Shown: one piece after another, positions 1-12,639 of the stretch
How the letters are laid out: every line of letters begins with the position of its first letter
How positions within the stretch are numbered: position 1 is the stretch's first letter
From: Chiloscyllium plagiosum
Lineage: Eukaryota
Assembly (NCBI RefSeq): GCF_004010195.1
Contig: NC_057718.1
Location: forward strand, 16,449,418-16,513,417
Reading direction: 5' to 3'
Length of the DNA: 64,000 nt
Position numbers and translations under genes: made by a program
The notes under the pieces: generated by a model
What the model saw: only the letters and a program-made list of their open reading frames with translations
The model's database searches: none
Told to the model about the DNA's origin: nothing

Positions 1-1194
1 TCTCTCCCTTCACTTCCTTCATGTAAGCATTGCCCTTTTTAGGCTTTGCTTGTGACTGGTTCACTGACCACATGGGTGTCTTCCTGGTGGTGGAATGTAT
101 GGAATGAAGTTTTTGCACTACAGTGTCTTTTTACTGAGTCACTACACAACAAATAAAACATTTGTTTGGCCCATTGTGTCTGTGCCGATTCTCCGAATTT
201 ACATCTTGCCTCATGCCGTTCTAAAAGACTTCTCACCTAACTCTGCACGCTGTTCTTTTTCAAATAACCGTCTAATTCATTTTTAAATACCTTGATTGAA
301 CCTATTTTCATTGTGATCTCAGGTAATGCATTCCAGAACCTAGCTATTCACTACGTGAAAAAGAATTCCTCATTTCACTTTTGCTGTTTTTGCTAATTAT
401 TTAAATTTGTGCTCTCTTGTACTCAATGCTTTCACAAGTGATGCCTACTTACGTTGTCCAGATTCACTCCATTATTTCTTTGTGACATTATCTTGGAGAA
501 AATGGTATAAACATTTGCACCCATGCAAAATCCCTATGCAGTTATAAAATAATTTTAGTTTATCCAAAAATAATTCATATAATTTTTAATTCTGAATAAG
601 CAGAGTAAAGAATTGAGAAGTAAATTGGCCTGTAAACAATGAAACAATGGTTCCATGGTAAGATGTTTCTTGTTTGAAATCTCAATTACCCTTTATGAAT
701 GAAAGTAATAATGTCTATTTCTGACATCTCTTAACTTACTTCCAACTGTACCAATATTGCATTCTGATATCAGTTCTGTATGTCTTATTTTTATTTCAAC
801 ATTTAGACTGCTTTGCTTTAACTATTCAGAAAAAGGAAACCAATAATGTTAATTTTGACATTTAATTTTTAGCTTCTTTAACATGATTAATTTATAATGA
901 TGTGCATTTTTATTGCTGATTTTTATCTACTTAAATCATCCAATTCTGTGAACAATGTACTTGGAGAAATAGTAAAATCCAGAAATTGTCTGATCATGTT
1001 TCAATTTTGTAACAGATTATCACTGTTCAGATTACCATAAATCAGTACTCACAAGTATGTTGTCTAATGTAAATGACAACATAAAATTTAAAAGCTATAT
1101 ATTGAAGGTAGTCTTTTGACGCAATATGAGTGATTTGACAGAAAGAAGTAAGATGCAGGTTCATGCCAGAAACTATCACCATAGTGAATTTAGA

Positions 1195-1415
1195 TTGCAT
1201 TTAATTCAAGGCTGTGATAGATTGATTTTTAATTCACGGCTGTGGTAGATAGATTTTTAATTCAGGGCTACAATGTACGGATTTTTAATTCAAGACTGAC
1301 CTAGATGGGTTTTTATCCAAGGCTCAGATAGACAATATTTAATTCATGGATGTGATAGATGGATTTTTAATTCAATGCTGACCTAGACAGGTTTCTAATT
1401 CAAGGTTGATGGATT
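1195..1415. repeat. ~30-bp minisatellite, ~7 diverged units
   Basis: Recurrent unit tttttaattcaaggctgtgatagat(a/g)gat. Confidence 0.8.
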
Positions 1416-1552
1416 TTGGATTGGTGAAGAAATCAAGGGTTATGGGGGAAAAGGAAAAGAAGTAGAATTGAGGATTATTAGATTAGCCATGATCTCACTG
1501 AAATGCAGAGCAGACATGATTTGCTGAATGGACTACTTCTGGTCCTATATCT
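1395..1552 (+). mobile_element. Old CR1 LINE 3' end
   Basis: aatcaagggttatgggg...attagccatgatctcactgaaatgcagagcag...tacttctggtcctat resembles the CR1 3' ends at ~8800, ~31560 and 63240 (reverse). Confidence 0.6.
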
Positions 1553-2404
1553 CGTGGATAGCAAAGATGGTTGTATGGAGTGGGAAACAGTACTTGGGCC
1601 AATAAAGTCTGCTCTTTCACTCTTGGCAGTGGCTGGTTGCAAAGTGACATGGGCCAACCGCTGAAAACAAATGGACATCATGGTCAATAAATGCTGTATC
1701 GCTGGGGCAGACTTCCAAAGAAAAGCACAATGGAAAATATGCAACAGGCGTACTTGCGTTTACCCAAGGCATCTGTGAAAAACATATTCAATTAATGCCA
1801 CCTTTGCATGTATCATGTAAAAACAATCCATATTTTGGAGATGTGACATAAGCCATTATATTAGTAAATATGAGAGACATCGGTGATGCGCTGGTATTAA
1901 CTGGTATATAATATTTTTAAGTCATGAATATTTTAAGGTGGATCTTGTTGCATGTCTACACAGTCAGGTGAACAATTTTTATTTTCTAGTTTTCAGGAAT
2001 TAGAAGATTTTTACTAATCCAATGTAGGGTGCATTTTATGTTTTATTTTTAAAAAGCTTTAACCATGTGAAAATAAATGTTAGGAAGCCTGACACTCAAT
2101 GATGGCAAGAAATATCTTATGTGCTAGGTGATATTTGCATTAAGATGTGTTCTCACCAAAAGTGGATGTTAAATAGTGACAGATAGTGGCAGATGGGGAC
2201 AAATGAGAAGGGTAGTACAGGTATTTGTGAAATCCAGCAAAATGTTGCACAGAACTGTTGTAAAATAGTAAAGGCTTGCTTTTTCCTAGCATATGTTCTA
2301 TTTGAATTGAAAGCTGGATGCATCAAAGACAGTAAATTATGAAATGTTTACCAATGTATTTTTTGTGAAGAATGCCCAGATGATGAATCAAACAACCACA
2401 ATAC

Positions 2405-2570
2405 GGAAGAAGGAATCCATGTCAGCAGCGCTGTTTTTGGAGGTGGTATCATCCGAACGGATATGACATAGGCAAAGGAACTGGGAGAATGGGATGGAAT
2501 TCTTGCAGGACGTGGGAGGGGAGGAGCTGTAGTGAAGATAGCTATAGGAATCATTGGCTATATAATGTAG
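2405..2570 (-). mobile_element. Penelope-like element RT-thumb fragment
   Basis: The minus strand reads approximately DSYSYLHYSSSPP..CKNSIPFSQFLCLCHIRSDDTT, resembling the PLE motif DSHSYLDYTSSHP..CKDSIPFSQFLRLRRICSD. Confidence 0.6.
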
Positions 2571-2789
2571 AAATGTACTTCAGTCATCTACACTATGTAT
2601 ATTGTGTTAAGTGAATAGAATCACATGATATTATAAAGTGTTCTGTTCATTTAAAATCTACAGTTTATTAGATCAAAATATTCTAGTTGTTCTCATTGTG
2701 GAAAATATGTTAATTCTGTGAAAAAAAGATTTAATTTGATGTGGAGGTGACCTACTAAGTTCAGGTAGGTGCGATAGCTCTGAAAAAGC

Positions 2790-4830
2790 ATATGGACCAT
2801 ATTGACTTGGGGCATGCTCTCTAAATGGGTTTTGGGGAGGGAATCCACAATTGGATCCGACTGCTCTACCGCAACATCATTATTGTAATCTCAATCAATG
2901 GGTGGGAATCAGAAAACTTCATGATCAGATCTGCAATCAGACAAAGCTGCCCACGTTCTGCTGCCTTATTTGTATGTTATACAGAACCTTTTGCAGAGGA
3001 AGGCCACGAGCCTGAGAGGCAATGGCAATGGAATAGCCTGCAGGTCAAAGCCTTCTGGTAAAAGGATGACATGGCTGTTTTCTGCTTAGACCCGCTGTCA
3101 GTACACAGACTCACGAACATCTGCAACAGTTTTAACTAGCCTTGGGAAGATGAGACACACCCAACACTGCTTTTATTCTGATGGCCACTGTTGTGAGTGG
3201 TTACATCCGTTGACCTTGGTGTGCAACACCAAGTGTCACTAAGTAATGAGGTTCTACCTTTCTCTGGTGTTATAAAGGGTGGGTTTGACCTCAGCACCGT
3301 GGAATGCTCCGGGTAGTTGGACTGTATCTACATGTCCTTTATGCAAAGTTTGTAAAGAAAAATATCTTTGACCGCATGACTTTCAAGAAGTGATCGGCAA
3401 GTAATGTCCTCAAGTTCCTGAGAGAAAAGGAGTGGTGGATCCTGTCGCATATTTGCCTGAGCAGACTGTCAAAGTCATTTGGCAGAATGCCTCATCACCA
3501 GAATTTTCCAGCAAGCACCAAAACGGTTGATGGTGAGAAGGGCACTGCCCGTCAGAACCTTCATGCATGCTCAGTCTTTGTGCACCACCGCATGCTACCC
3601 TCAAAGCAACTGCACTGACAAAGAGACTGTCATCTCTTTCTTGAATTTGCTCTGCAAAGAAGATCTGGAGAGAGAGAGAAATGCCATAGCTTTTGTCAAG
3701 GTTTGTCTTGAGCAGCTCAGCGACGCAAAACTCTGTGCTCTACAGATTGTTCCACAGGGTACACACTGAGACAAACATTGACTGTGCGTGGAGGACCATC
3801 AACTCGGTGAAAGACGCTCTTTGATCTGCCCGATACTTGCTGGTTGACCAGTGTAAAGAGTTGACCTCAATTGGGGGTTGCAGACTGGCACATTGTAACA
3901 TCCAGGACTGCATACTAAGGGCTGCACTAAAACTTGGAGTAGCGGCCGCTAAGGCACTGAGGGAAAAGGCTACGATCTAAGGTTTTTCTATTGAAGTATA
4001 ATGAGGGTCTCTTTCGTTATCAGGCCCTCTCATTGCCTCACTCTATGTAAATACTGTCCTGCATTAGTAAGAAATGCCTTTTTTTTGCAACTGCAGGGTA
4101 TGTGGAATTCTAATGTTCAGTTTTGTTGGTATTGCAAAGTCTGTGCAGAACTGCTTTAGTATCTGTGAATGTACTTAAAAAATATATTTTTTACAATTAA
4201 AAAACATTTTTTACAATTAAAAAACAAATTGACTACTCATCTCCACTATGTGCTGAGGGGCGCACTGAAGCTTGGAGCAGCAGCCACCCAAGGTGTAGTG
4301 AGGAAAGACCAGCATCTAAAGCCTTTGGTGCATGAAAATGAGCATAGTTCCCTGCATAAGTAGAAAATGCCTTTGTTTTTTCAACTGTAGAAATGCTCTG
4401 AATGTCAAAATTCCAATACTTTGTTTATTTTCTCTGTAAAGACTGTACATTACTGATTTAGAACATTTGCATATGTTTATATATTTTTATGCATGAAGTA
4501 TGTTTTTGAAATGTGAGAAAAGACCACTCATCTTCTAGAATGCTCCTTTGCAAAGAAAGTTTGGAGAGAGATGCAGTGGTTTTTGTTGAGGTTCATCCCA
4601 AGAAGCTCTGTGACACAGGACTCTGCTCTTCAAGGTGTTCCCCAGAGCACATATTGTGACAGAGTTGGCTTTGACTGAATGTTGCAGACTGGCACATTCC
4701 AAGGTCTTGGACTACATGCTGAATGATGTTTTGTTTGTTGTATTTCTCTGCAAAGACTGTACAGAACTGATTTATAACCTTTCATGTATAGATGATGTTT
4801 ATGAATAAAAAATGTTTTTGTAATAAATAG
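2790..4830 (+). mobile_element. Decayed L1/Tx1-clade LINE fragments (RT, C-terminal Cys region, repeated 3' ends)
   Basis: MGFGEGIHNWIRLLY...IRSAIRQSCPRSAALFVCYTEPFAE matches the RT motif GVRQGCPLS. RRALPVRTFMHAQSLCTTACYP...ETV is a C-terminal zinc-knuckle-like region. Frameshifts and stops are present. Confidence 0.75.
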
Positions 4831-4935
4831 ACCAGAAACTGAGCTGGATCAACAAAAAAATACTTTTCTCCAAGGACAGGTCAGAGACTAAAATCTTCTG
4901 ACAAGCTAACTCTCATCCTGACAATACTAAAGCTT

Positions 4936-5115
4936 GAGAAAAGTGAGGACTGCAGATGCTGGAGATCGAGTAGAGAGTGTGGTGTTGGAAAAGCACAGCA
5001 GGTCAGGCAGCATCCGAGGAGCAGGAGAATCCTGATGAAGGGCCTTTGCCTGAAACGTCATTTCTCCTGCTTCTAGGATGCTGCCTGATCTGCTGTGCTT
5101 TTCCAGCAACACACT
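4936..5115. mobile_element. Palindromic Penelope-like pLTR fragment with hammerhead motif
   Basis: The arm gtgttggaaaagcacagcaggtcaggcagcatcc..gcaggagaa is inverted relative to ttctcctgc..ggatgctgcctgatctgctgtgcttttccagcaacac. The centre reads CTGATGA a gggc cttt gcct GAAA cgtc (5032-5059). Confidence 0.75.
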
Positions 5116-5538
5116 AAGTCCTCAAACATGACACTGTCCAAGATAAAGCATCCTATTTGATTGACATTCCATCTGTGTCACCTTAGATATTCATTTCCTT
5201 CATCACCTTAAACGTTCACGTGCTCCAACACCAATGCACAGTGGCAGCAATTTGTATTGCCTATAGGATGCGCTGCAACAGCTTTCAAAGGCTTCTTCAA
5301 ACAAGCTCATTTCAGACTTGTAATCGCCACAACTCAGAAGTACATGGATGATCAATGCATGAGAACACAGTCACTTGCAAGTTTCTCTTTATGTTACAAG
5401 CCATCCTGAAGTTGGCCATCCAGCACTGTTGTTGAAAAATCATTGTGGATCTTGTCTCCACCTTGCCAGCTTTCTGAACCACACTGACTACAGTGGTGTA
5501 AGAAGGCTTCCACATATTCTCCATGGCAAATGGGAATA

Positions 5539-5722
5539 CAGAGGAACCTCGATTACCTAAAGGACACAGGTGGGGAGTATTTCGCTCGGTTAATCGAATG
5601 CTGGATGCTGTACATCTCTTTGACTCTTTGACTTTATTACATTGTAAACATTGAGACCTTACGATTTTGCCGGATAATCCGATATTCGGATAATCGAAAG
5701 CCAGATAATTGATGTTCCTCTA
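5539..5722. mobile_element. Tc1/mariner-Tigger-type MITE (184 bp)
   Basis: TIRs cagaggaacctcgatta / taattgatgttcctcta, flanked by TA on both sides. Confidence 0.65.
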
Positions 5723-8389
5723 TACCCCCCTAGGCACCAATGCTGACATTGTGAAAGAAGATAAATGGATAAACAAGATAACTGTATGATGAACAATTTC
5801 AATAAAGTAAATTTTAGAAAACTCAAAAATAATTTAAAATGACCGCCACTAAGACTTTGAACAATTTAGGGTCGATGGAGATTAGAATACCAAGAAAATA
5901 ATTGAGAAAATAATTAAGCAAAGTGCAGTTTCGAGGTGATGAAGGTATGGGTAAGGGTTGTGGCTGTTTCATGTAACAAGGTAGGGTTAGACCTGGGAAA
6001 TGTCAAATTAGAAGTGAATAGCCTCTGGGGTGGTTGTGATTTGTGGTTTAATTTTCAGTTCTGGGTTGCACAGAGTGTGGAGATTATGTAGTTTATGTCA
6101 ACTTAAGCAAACAACTAGTTGAAGAGATGCAGTTCATATTTTGTAGTGTATTGTAAATGGTTACACCAGCTGAATTTCTTCTACTTGTTTCAAACCTCAA
6201 ACAACCAGGAAAACAAAATGATTAACATAAACGATGAGAACAACTACAGAAAAGATATAGCACATATTCGGACACGGCTTCTGTACAAAAATACAGAAGC
6301 TGAAGTCTACTGTTTTTTTTAAAAATGGTTTCTGGGAAGCGTGCATTGCTGGCTAGGTCAGCATTTAATGCCCATTTTTAAATGGAGAAGTGGTGTTGAA
6401 CTACCTTCTTGAACTGCTGCAGTCTTTAGGTTACAAGGATAGATATAGTGTTATTAGGAAGAGACTTCCATAATTTTGACAGGGCAACAGTGGAGAAATA
6501 GAACAATTACTATTCCAGGTAAAAATGGTTTGTGGCTAGGAGTGGAACTTGTAGTTGGTTGCATTCCAATGCATCTGCTGCCCTTGTCCTGCAAAGTATT
6601 ATAGGTTATGCGTTCATGAGATTTTACAGACACTATGTAGACTTGTGCCTGTAAAATAAATGATGTAAAACAAATAAAAATAATGGACCTGCCAAGTTGA
6701 GAGTCTTTGAGTATCCAAAAGCATAGAAGATGAGGTAATACTCAAAAATCGTGCACATGAAAGTCTAAAAAAAAAACTCTTTTGGAAAGCTTAGAGGAGT
6801 GTAGAAAGTACAAGGGTGAAGTCAAGAAAGAAATTGGGAAAGCAAAGAGTAGATACAAGAAAACAGTGGCTGGTAAAATTGAGGAAAATATAAAGATGTT
6901 TTATCAGTACATTGCCATCCCCTGTGCATTCTCCAAGTAGTACTCAGTTTGGAGGTGTACTAATCCATCAACTAAGTTGGGGAAGTTTCATTGCTCATGT
7001 TAGACCTGATACTGTGAAACTTCATAGGGTCCAAAATCTGTGCTGAGAACCTTCAAGACAACTCTCTCCTGAATATCTACTATAGTGCCACCACCACTGG
7101 TGGATCTGTCCGACCAGTAACTGGGACATAACCAGGGCCCGTGATGGTAATGTCTAGAACACAGCCATGGAATCATACCTTACAGACATTATCAGGCTGC
7201 AGCTTGATTAGTCTTTGGGAGAATTTTGGCATAACCTCTAGATGTTAGAAAGGAGGACCTTACATGGTTGACAGGGCTGCATTTGATCTTGTTGGTCCCT
7301 GGGTCTTTACTGAGGGTTCATTCTGGTTTCATTCCTTTCATTAGATTTTGTTGCGTTTTGATACAACCGAAAGATTTGACAAGCCATTTCAATGGAATTT
7401 AATATTAAACTGCATTTCTGAACCCAAAGTCATATGTAGATGAGGACAATCAGACTTTCTTTCCTAAAGTCATTATTAAACCAGATGTTTGTTTTCAGCA
7501 AATGACAGTGATAATATTAAAGTGAGAAAATGATCCAGTGTAATTTTGCTGAATTAGGAATCTAGAAATACAAGCAATATCTGAGTATTTGGGTTGAAAT
7601 CCCACCATGGCAGATGGTGAAATTTGAATTCAATAAAAATATCGAATTAAAAGTCTAGAGGTGACCATGAAAACAGTGACAATTGTAATAAAAACTCATC
7701 TGGTCCACTAATGTTACTTAGGGAAACTTTAGAATATTTGGTCTGGCCCTACATATAACTGACAGCAATGTGATTGACTTTTAACTGTCTTCTGCAATGG
7801 CCGAGTAAGCCATTCATTTGCAATAATCGCTAGAAAGTCTCAAAAAAAGCAATGAAACATTAGTTGACCACCTGGCATCAACTAATGTTCCAGAAGCAAA
7901 AGTGGCAAACACAGCCTTGACTGCTCTGCAAAGTCCTTCTTATTAACATAACAAGAAAAGCTGCGAAGCTGGGAATCTGGAACAGATACAGAGAATGCTG
8001 GAAAAAACCAGCAGATCTGGCAGCATTTGCAGAGGGAAATAAAATTAATGTTTCAAATCTATTATGACTCCTTTAGAGGTTGGAGGTGAGCTGACTCTCA
8101 GTTGCCCAATGTATTACTAATGACACTATCATCGCGAAGTTTTCAAGTTCCCCACAAGCCACTTGCAACCCTGACTTTGAAATATATCACTGTTCCTTCA
8201 GTGTTGCTGGATCAAAATCTAAAATTAAATAAATACTGGTCCAGTCAATGATGTCCACATCCTGTGAATGAATTTTTTAAAAAGCCGTTTGACTAACTTT
8301 CAAATCTAGATTGTTAAAAATTGAATTCACATTTTATCATCTGTCATGGTGAGATCCAAACATATTTCCCCAGAAAATTAATCTTGCAA

Positions 8390-8486
8390 AATCACAAGTT
8401 GCTGGGAAAGCTCAGCAGGTTTAGCAGCATCTGTGGAGAGAAAGCAGAGTTAATATTTCGGGTCCAGTGAACCTTCTTCAGAACAC
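8390..8486 (-). mobile_element. Older PLE-derived tail with hammerhead-like motif
   Basis: Reverse complement: gtt CTGAAGA a ggttc actg gaccc GAAA tatt aactctgctttctctccacagatgctgc. Related copies lie at ~7955-8075 (-) and 41500-41635 (+). Confidence 0.55.
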
Positions 8487-8494
8487 TTCTCAAT

Positions 8495-9175
8495 CTGACC
8501 TATGAAGAGAGATTGAGCAAAATGGGCCTGTGTTCTTTAGAGTTTAGAAGAATGAGAGGTGATCTCATTGAAGCTTAGAAGACAATTAAAAGGATAGATA
8601 GGGCTAATGCAGATAAAATGTTGCCCCAGTTAGAGAGTCTACAACGAAGCAGCACAATTTAAAAATAGGGGAAATGCCCCTTAGGTCCAATATGAAAATA
8701 GTTTTATTTTCTCCAGGTCATGAACCTTTGGTATTCCGTACCATAAGGCTGTGGAGGCTCAGTCTTTGAGTCTATTTAAGGTAGAGATTGATAGATGTAT
8801 GATTACCAATGACGTACAGATGTATGAGAATGGGATGAGTAAAAAGCACTAAAGTGTTCAATCCACCATAATTGTATTCAATGATGGAACAGGTGAGAGT
8901 CATGGAGTCATTCAGCATGGTAACAGACCCTTTGGTACATCTAATCCACATTGACCATGTTCCCAAACTAAACTAGTCCCACCTGCCTGCTTTTGGCCCA
9001 GATCTGTCCAAACCTTTCCTGTTCATGTACTTATCCAAATATCTTTTAAACGTAATTGTAAACGTACCTGCATCCACCACTTCCTCTGACATTCACTGCA
9101 CACACTAACCACACTCTGTGTAAAAAAATGTTGCCCCTTATCCTTTTTAAATCTTTCTGCTCTCACCTTAAAAAC
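8495..9175. mobile_element. Two abutting CR1 3' ends (+ strand 8495-8895; - strand 8897-9175)
   Basis: First copy: tatgaagagagattgag...agaatgagaggtgatctcattgaa. Second copy: gagtcatggagtc...aaactagtcccacctgcc, the reverse of a HER1-type tail. Confidence 0.7.
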
Positions 9176-12100
9176 GTGCTTGATGGACTAATTGACCGAT
9201 TACTGTTCCTATCCCATTTTGTTATCAAGGAAGCTTACTTGTCTAATTGTGTTTTTTTCAGTTTTCATAGAAATATAATAAAGGGACAATTTGGTTTGAG
9301 GCATGCAAACGTGAAACATGTATGTTAGTCAAGTGGTTAGATTACTGGATGAATAAAAGTGACTATGCAGCAGTTTCATTATAAATACCATCCTTATCCT
9401 TGTGGAAACATAGTTGGCTATCAGTTATCCTCAGCAAGTCACTTAAGTTATAACAAACTGTTGAAAAGAATAATTGCAGTATGAGAGTCCAAGAAGGCCT
9501 GCCTTACCAGCACCCAGGAATTAATTTTACAATGGTCCCTAGTTATTGTGTTTCCCATATAACATACTTACATTTATTATACTAAATTAACAATAAATTA
9601 TATGGAAAATTGCTGCAGTTCAGGACTTTCAATGGACTGAGGAGCTATAGAATAGGAGCTACCACTATCAGGAAGGTATAATCACTTAATAGGTCTCTAT
9701 ACACTGGTAGTTAAACAATGATACAAATACCTGACAATATCTAGGAGGATGTAAGTTATGAAGATAGGAAATACAGGCACATGTAAGGTTTTTGATAGGA
9801 TATTTTAATACATAACACTGCAGCAGGTACTATAATAATCCTGTTGCCACATTTGCTACTTGGGTTAGTTTTTTTAAAAATTAAAAGTTCTGATGTTTAC
9901 AGTTACAATTGGGTTTGCCTTTGTGAACTCATTTCAATCTCTAACGCATGAGTTGGAAGCTATTGAGCAGACTTTGAACCATGCGTCACCAAGGGCAGTT
10001 AGGATGATTTCTCTTGCCCAAATAACTATACGTTCATGTAAGTAAATATTTAAAATTGATGATTCTCACTTTTTTTAAAAAAACATCTTCCTTGCTCTAA
10101 ATGTTTGAAGTTCTTTAAACTGTTTGGAATGGTGGTGATATAGTCTGAAGGCCTGAATGAGGCTTTTGCTCTACTTCTTATTTGTCACAAACTGCATTAT
10201 AAATGGAGCCTCCCAATTCAACAATCTGGTAGTCTGTTCTGTACCACCACAGCTCTTTTTTAGTTGCTGTGCCTTTTTTGCTAGCTACTACCAATAATCT
10301 ATGCATAGCAAACTTCCAGTCTTGTACCTCTGCTATTTCTGTTTGCCTTTGAAGAGTTCCTTTGTATGGAATGCTAGTATAATATTATCACTATTGAGCA
10401 ACTTTCTGCATGGCATACCTGTGCCTTGAATACTGGACAAGCAAGGCTGAACAGCTTTTCATCTGGACAAGATACGCTAGGCAGAAGAAAGGGCTAAACA
10501 GGTTTCCCTTCGCTGGCTTAGATATATATTTGGTACCTCTTGTAAATAGGAGCTGGAGTAAGCCATTTGTCCCTTAGAGCCTTCTGCCAGTCAATAAAAT
10601 TGCAGCTGATTTGTTTGAGACCTTAATTTCACCTTTTCCACCTTGCAGATTTAAAATTTCTAACTCAACCTTGAATATACTCAATGACCCAGCCTGCACT
10701 GCTCTCTGTGGAAGACACTTCCAAAGATTACCAACTCTTTAAGTCAAGTTCCTAGAACTTGCTAATTCTATCATTGCTAAGCCAACAGCATATGTGCTGT
10801 ATTTGCTACAGTCATCGAATGGGTGACAACTGAATACCTAAGGACCTTCTGTACCATGATCTGGCCACAGAGTTATAACTATTTGAACATCTATATCATT
10901 GCCTGAGGGCCTATCGATATATGAAGGAGGAGTGCATTAATGCAGACAACTGGGAAATGTTTGTCGATGGAGCTTGACTGTCTGGAAGAGTATTGGAAGG
11001 GGTCTGGAAAGGAAAACAAATATCTCTACTTATTGTGAAGAGAATCCAGGAAAAAATAGAAAACATTGAATCATGCATCTTCTCATTCCACTGATTTTCT
11101 CTGCAGCAAATGAAACAGAGACTGTCACACTAGATAGGGCTCCCAAGTAACAGCAGCAATGCTTACGAGAGGATTACCATGACACAACTATTATTTAATC
11201 AGACAGTAGGATGCCACTACAATGAATTTTGGTTTATTGTTTTAAGTTGGTTTCTAAATTGTTCTACTTTCTTCTCCTTTCAATCACAAGATTCCCACGG
11301 TTGGTACCATGACATTTATAAGTAATGCAGCTTGATATCCATTTTATTTAATATTGAAGTATATGTTTCTCTAGTTATCTGAGATAAGTGTTTATATTAA
11401 CCTGAATTAAGAGGTAGACATGGAAGTATTAGGTAGAATCTTTGACTTTTGACTGTAGCTCTGAATAATATCATGTTTCAAATGTATAACTTGTCAATCA
11501 TATTATGTACAAATATTTTGGTTGAAACTAAGAGTTAGATTGATAACCGGAAATAGAAGTGCTGACTAAAATCTGATTCAAATCAAATAATTTGAATGTA
11601 TATATCTATTTATTGTAGTGAACGTCATCTCCAGTCTCCTTTCTCTGTAGCTTTTGAACATGTTGTCTCCTCACAAATTTATCCACTTCTCTGAATTCCT
11701 TGTTTGAATCTCCCTGTTCATATTTTCACTCTTACAACAGTATTGAACCAGCTCCTGTCACAGTGACAAATGACATTCTGTTACCTCTGTCCATTATCTC
11801 TTGTCATCATTCTCTGCTTGTTTACCATCTTTCAATGTTGACTCATAGTTCTCCTCCAGTTCTTCTCCTCTGTTGACGAGTTGCATGGGATTATGCTTGC
11901 CTTGATCCATTTCTGCTTGCTTGTGGCTAGATAATCATCCTCAATTGGTTTTGTTTCTACATGTGCACCATTACATTTGGTGTCCCATGCATGGAAAGAG
12001 TGCCCCCATTTCTCATCTACATTATCCCTTGGCAATGTTATCCAAAAACACAGCATCAATTTATACATCAGATAACAATGTTGTGATCCTAGCTGTTAAC

Positions 12101-12639
12101 AGAAAAGTCAGCTTCCAGAGTGGAACCTGGATTGATAGACTCCAAGTTTTATTTTTGAAGTCTAATTACGTGATGGTTAGTCAGTGAAGATATTTACATG
12201 AGGCTTGTGAATGGACGTGGAGAAATGTTGGCAGACCAGGCCTCAGTGTGGAAGGTCCAAACAGGTGCTTTGTACTGTGAGTTCCAGAAGGTCGAGGGAA
12301 CCTAGTTCCTTGATCCACAGCTGTCATCAGGAAACCTGGTTTTCATGGTTAATGTTTAAAAAGTTGGAACAGTGAGGCTTATGATTTAATGTTCATATTT
12401 AAAGTGCTAACATTTTGAAAAGAGTTGGTCATCATCTACCTGTCTACCTTAGTTAAAACTGGAAGGCAATGGGTTTGAGGCTGGTTTGGAGTAGGATTCT
12501 GATTTCAGGACTCTAAACAACCAAAGTGACTCACTTCACCCCTTGAGTTCAGCTCTTTTATCTGTGTTGGGATCAAGTCTACAATGAGGTCAGGAGATTT
12601 AGCATTTGACTGAGTGTTGTTGCAATGCTAGAGTGAAAG

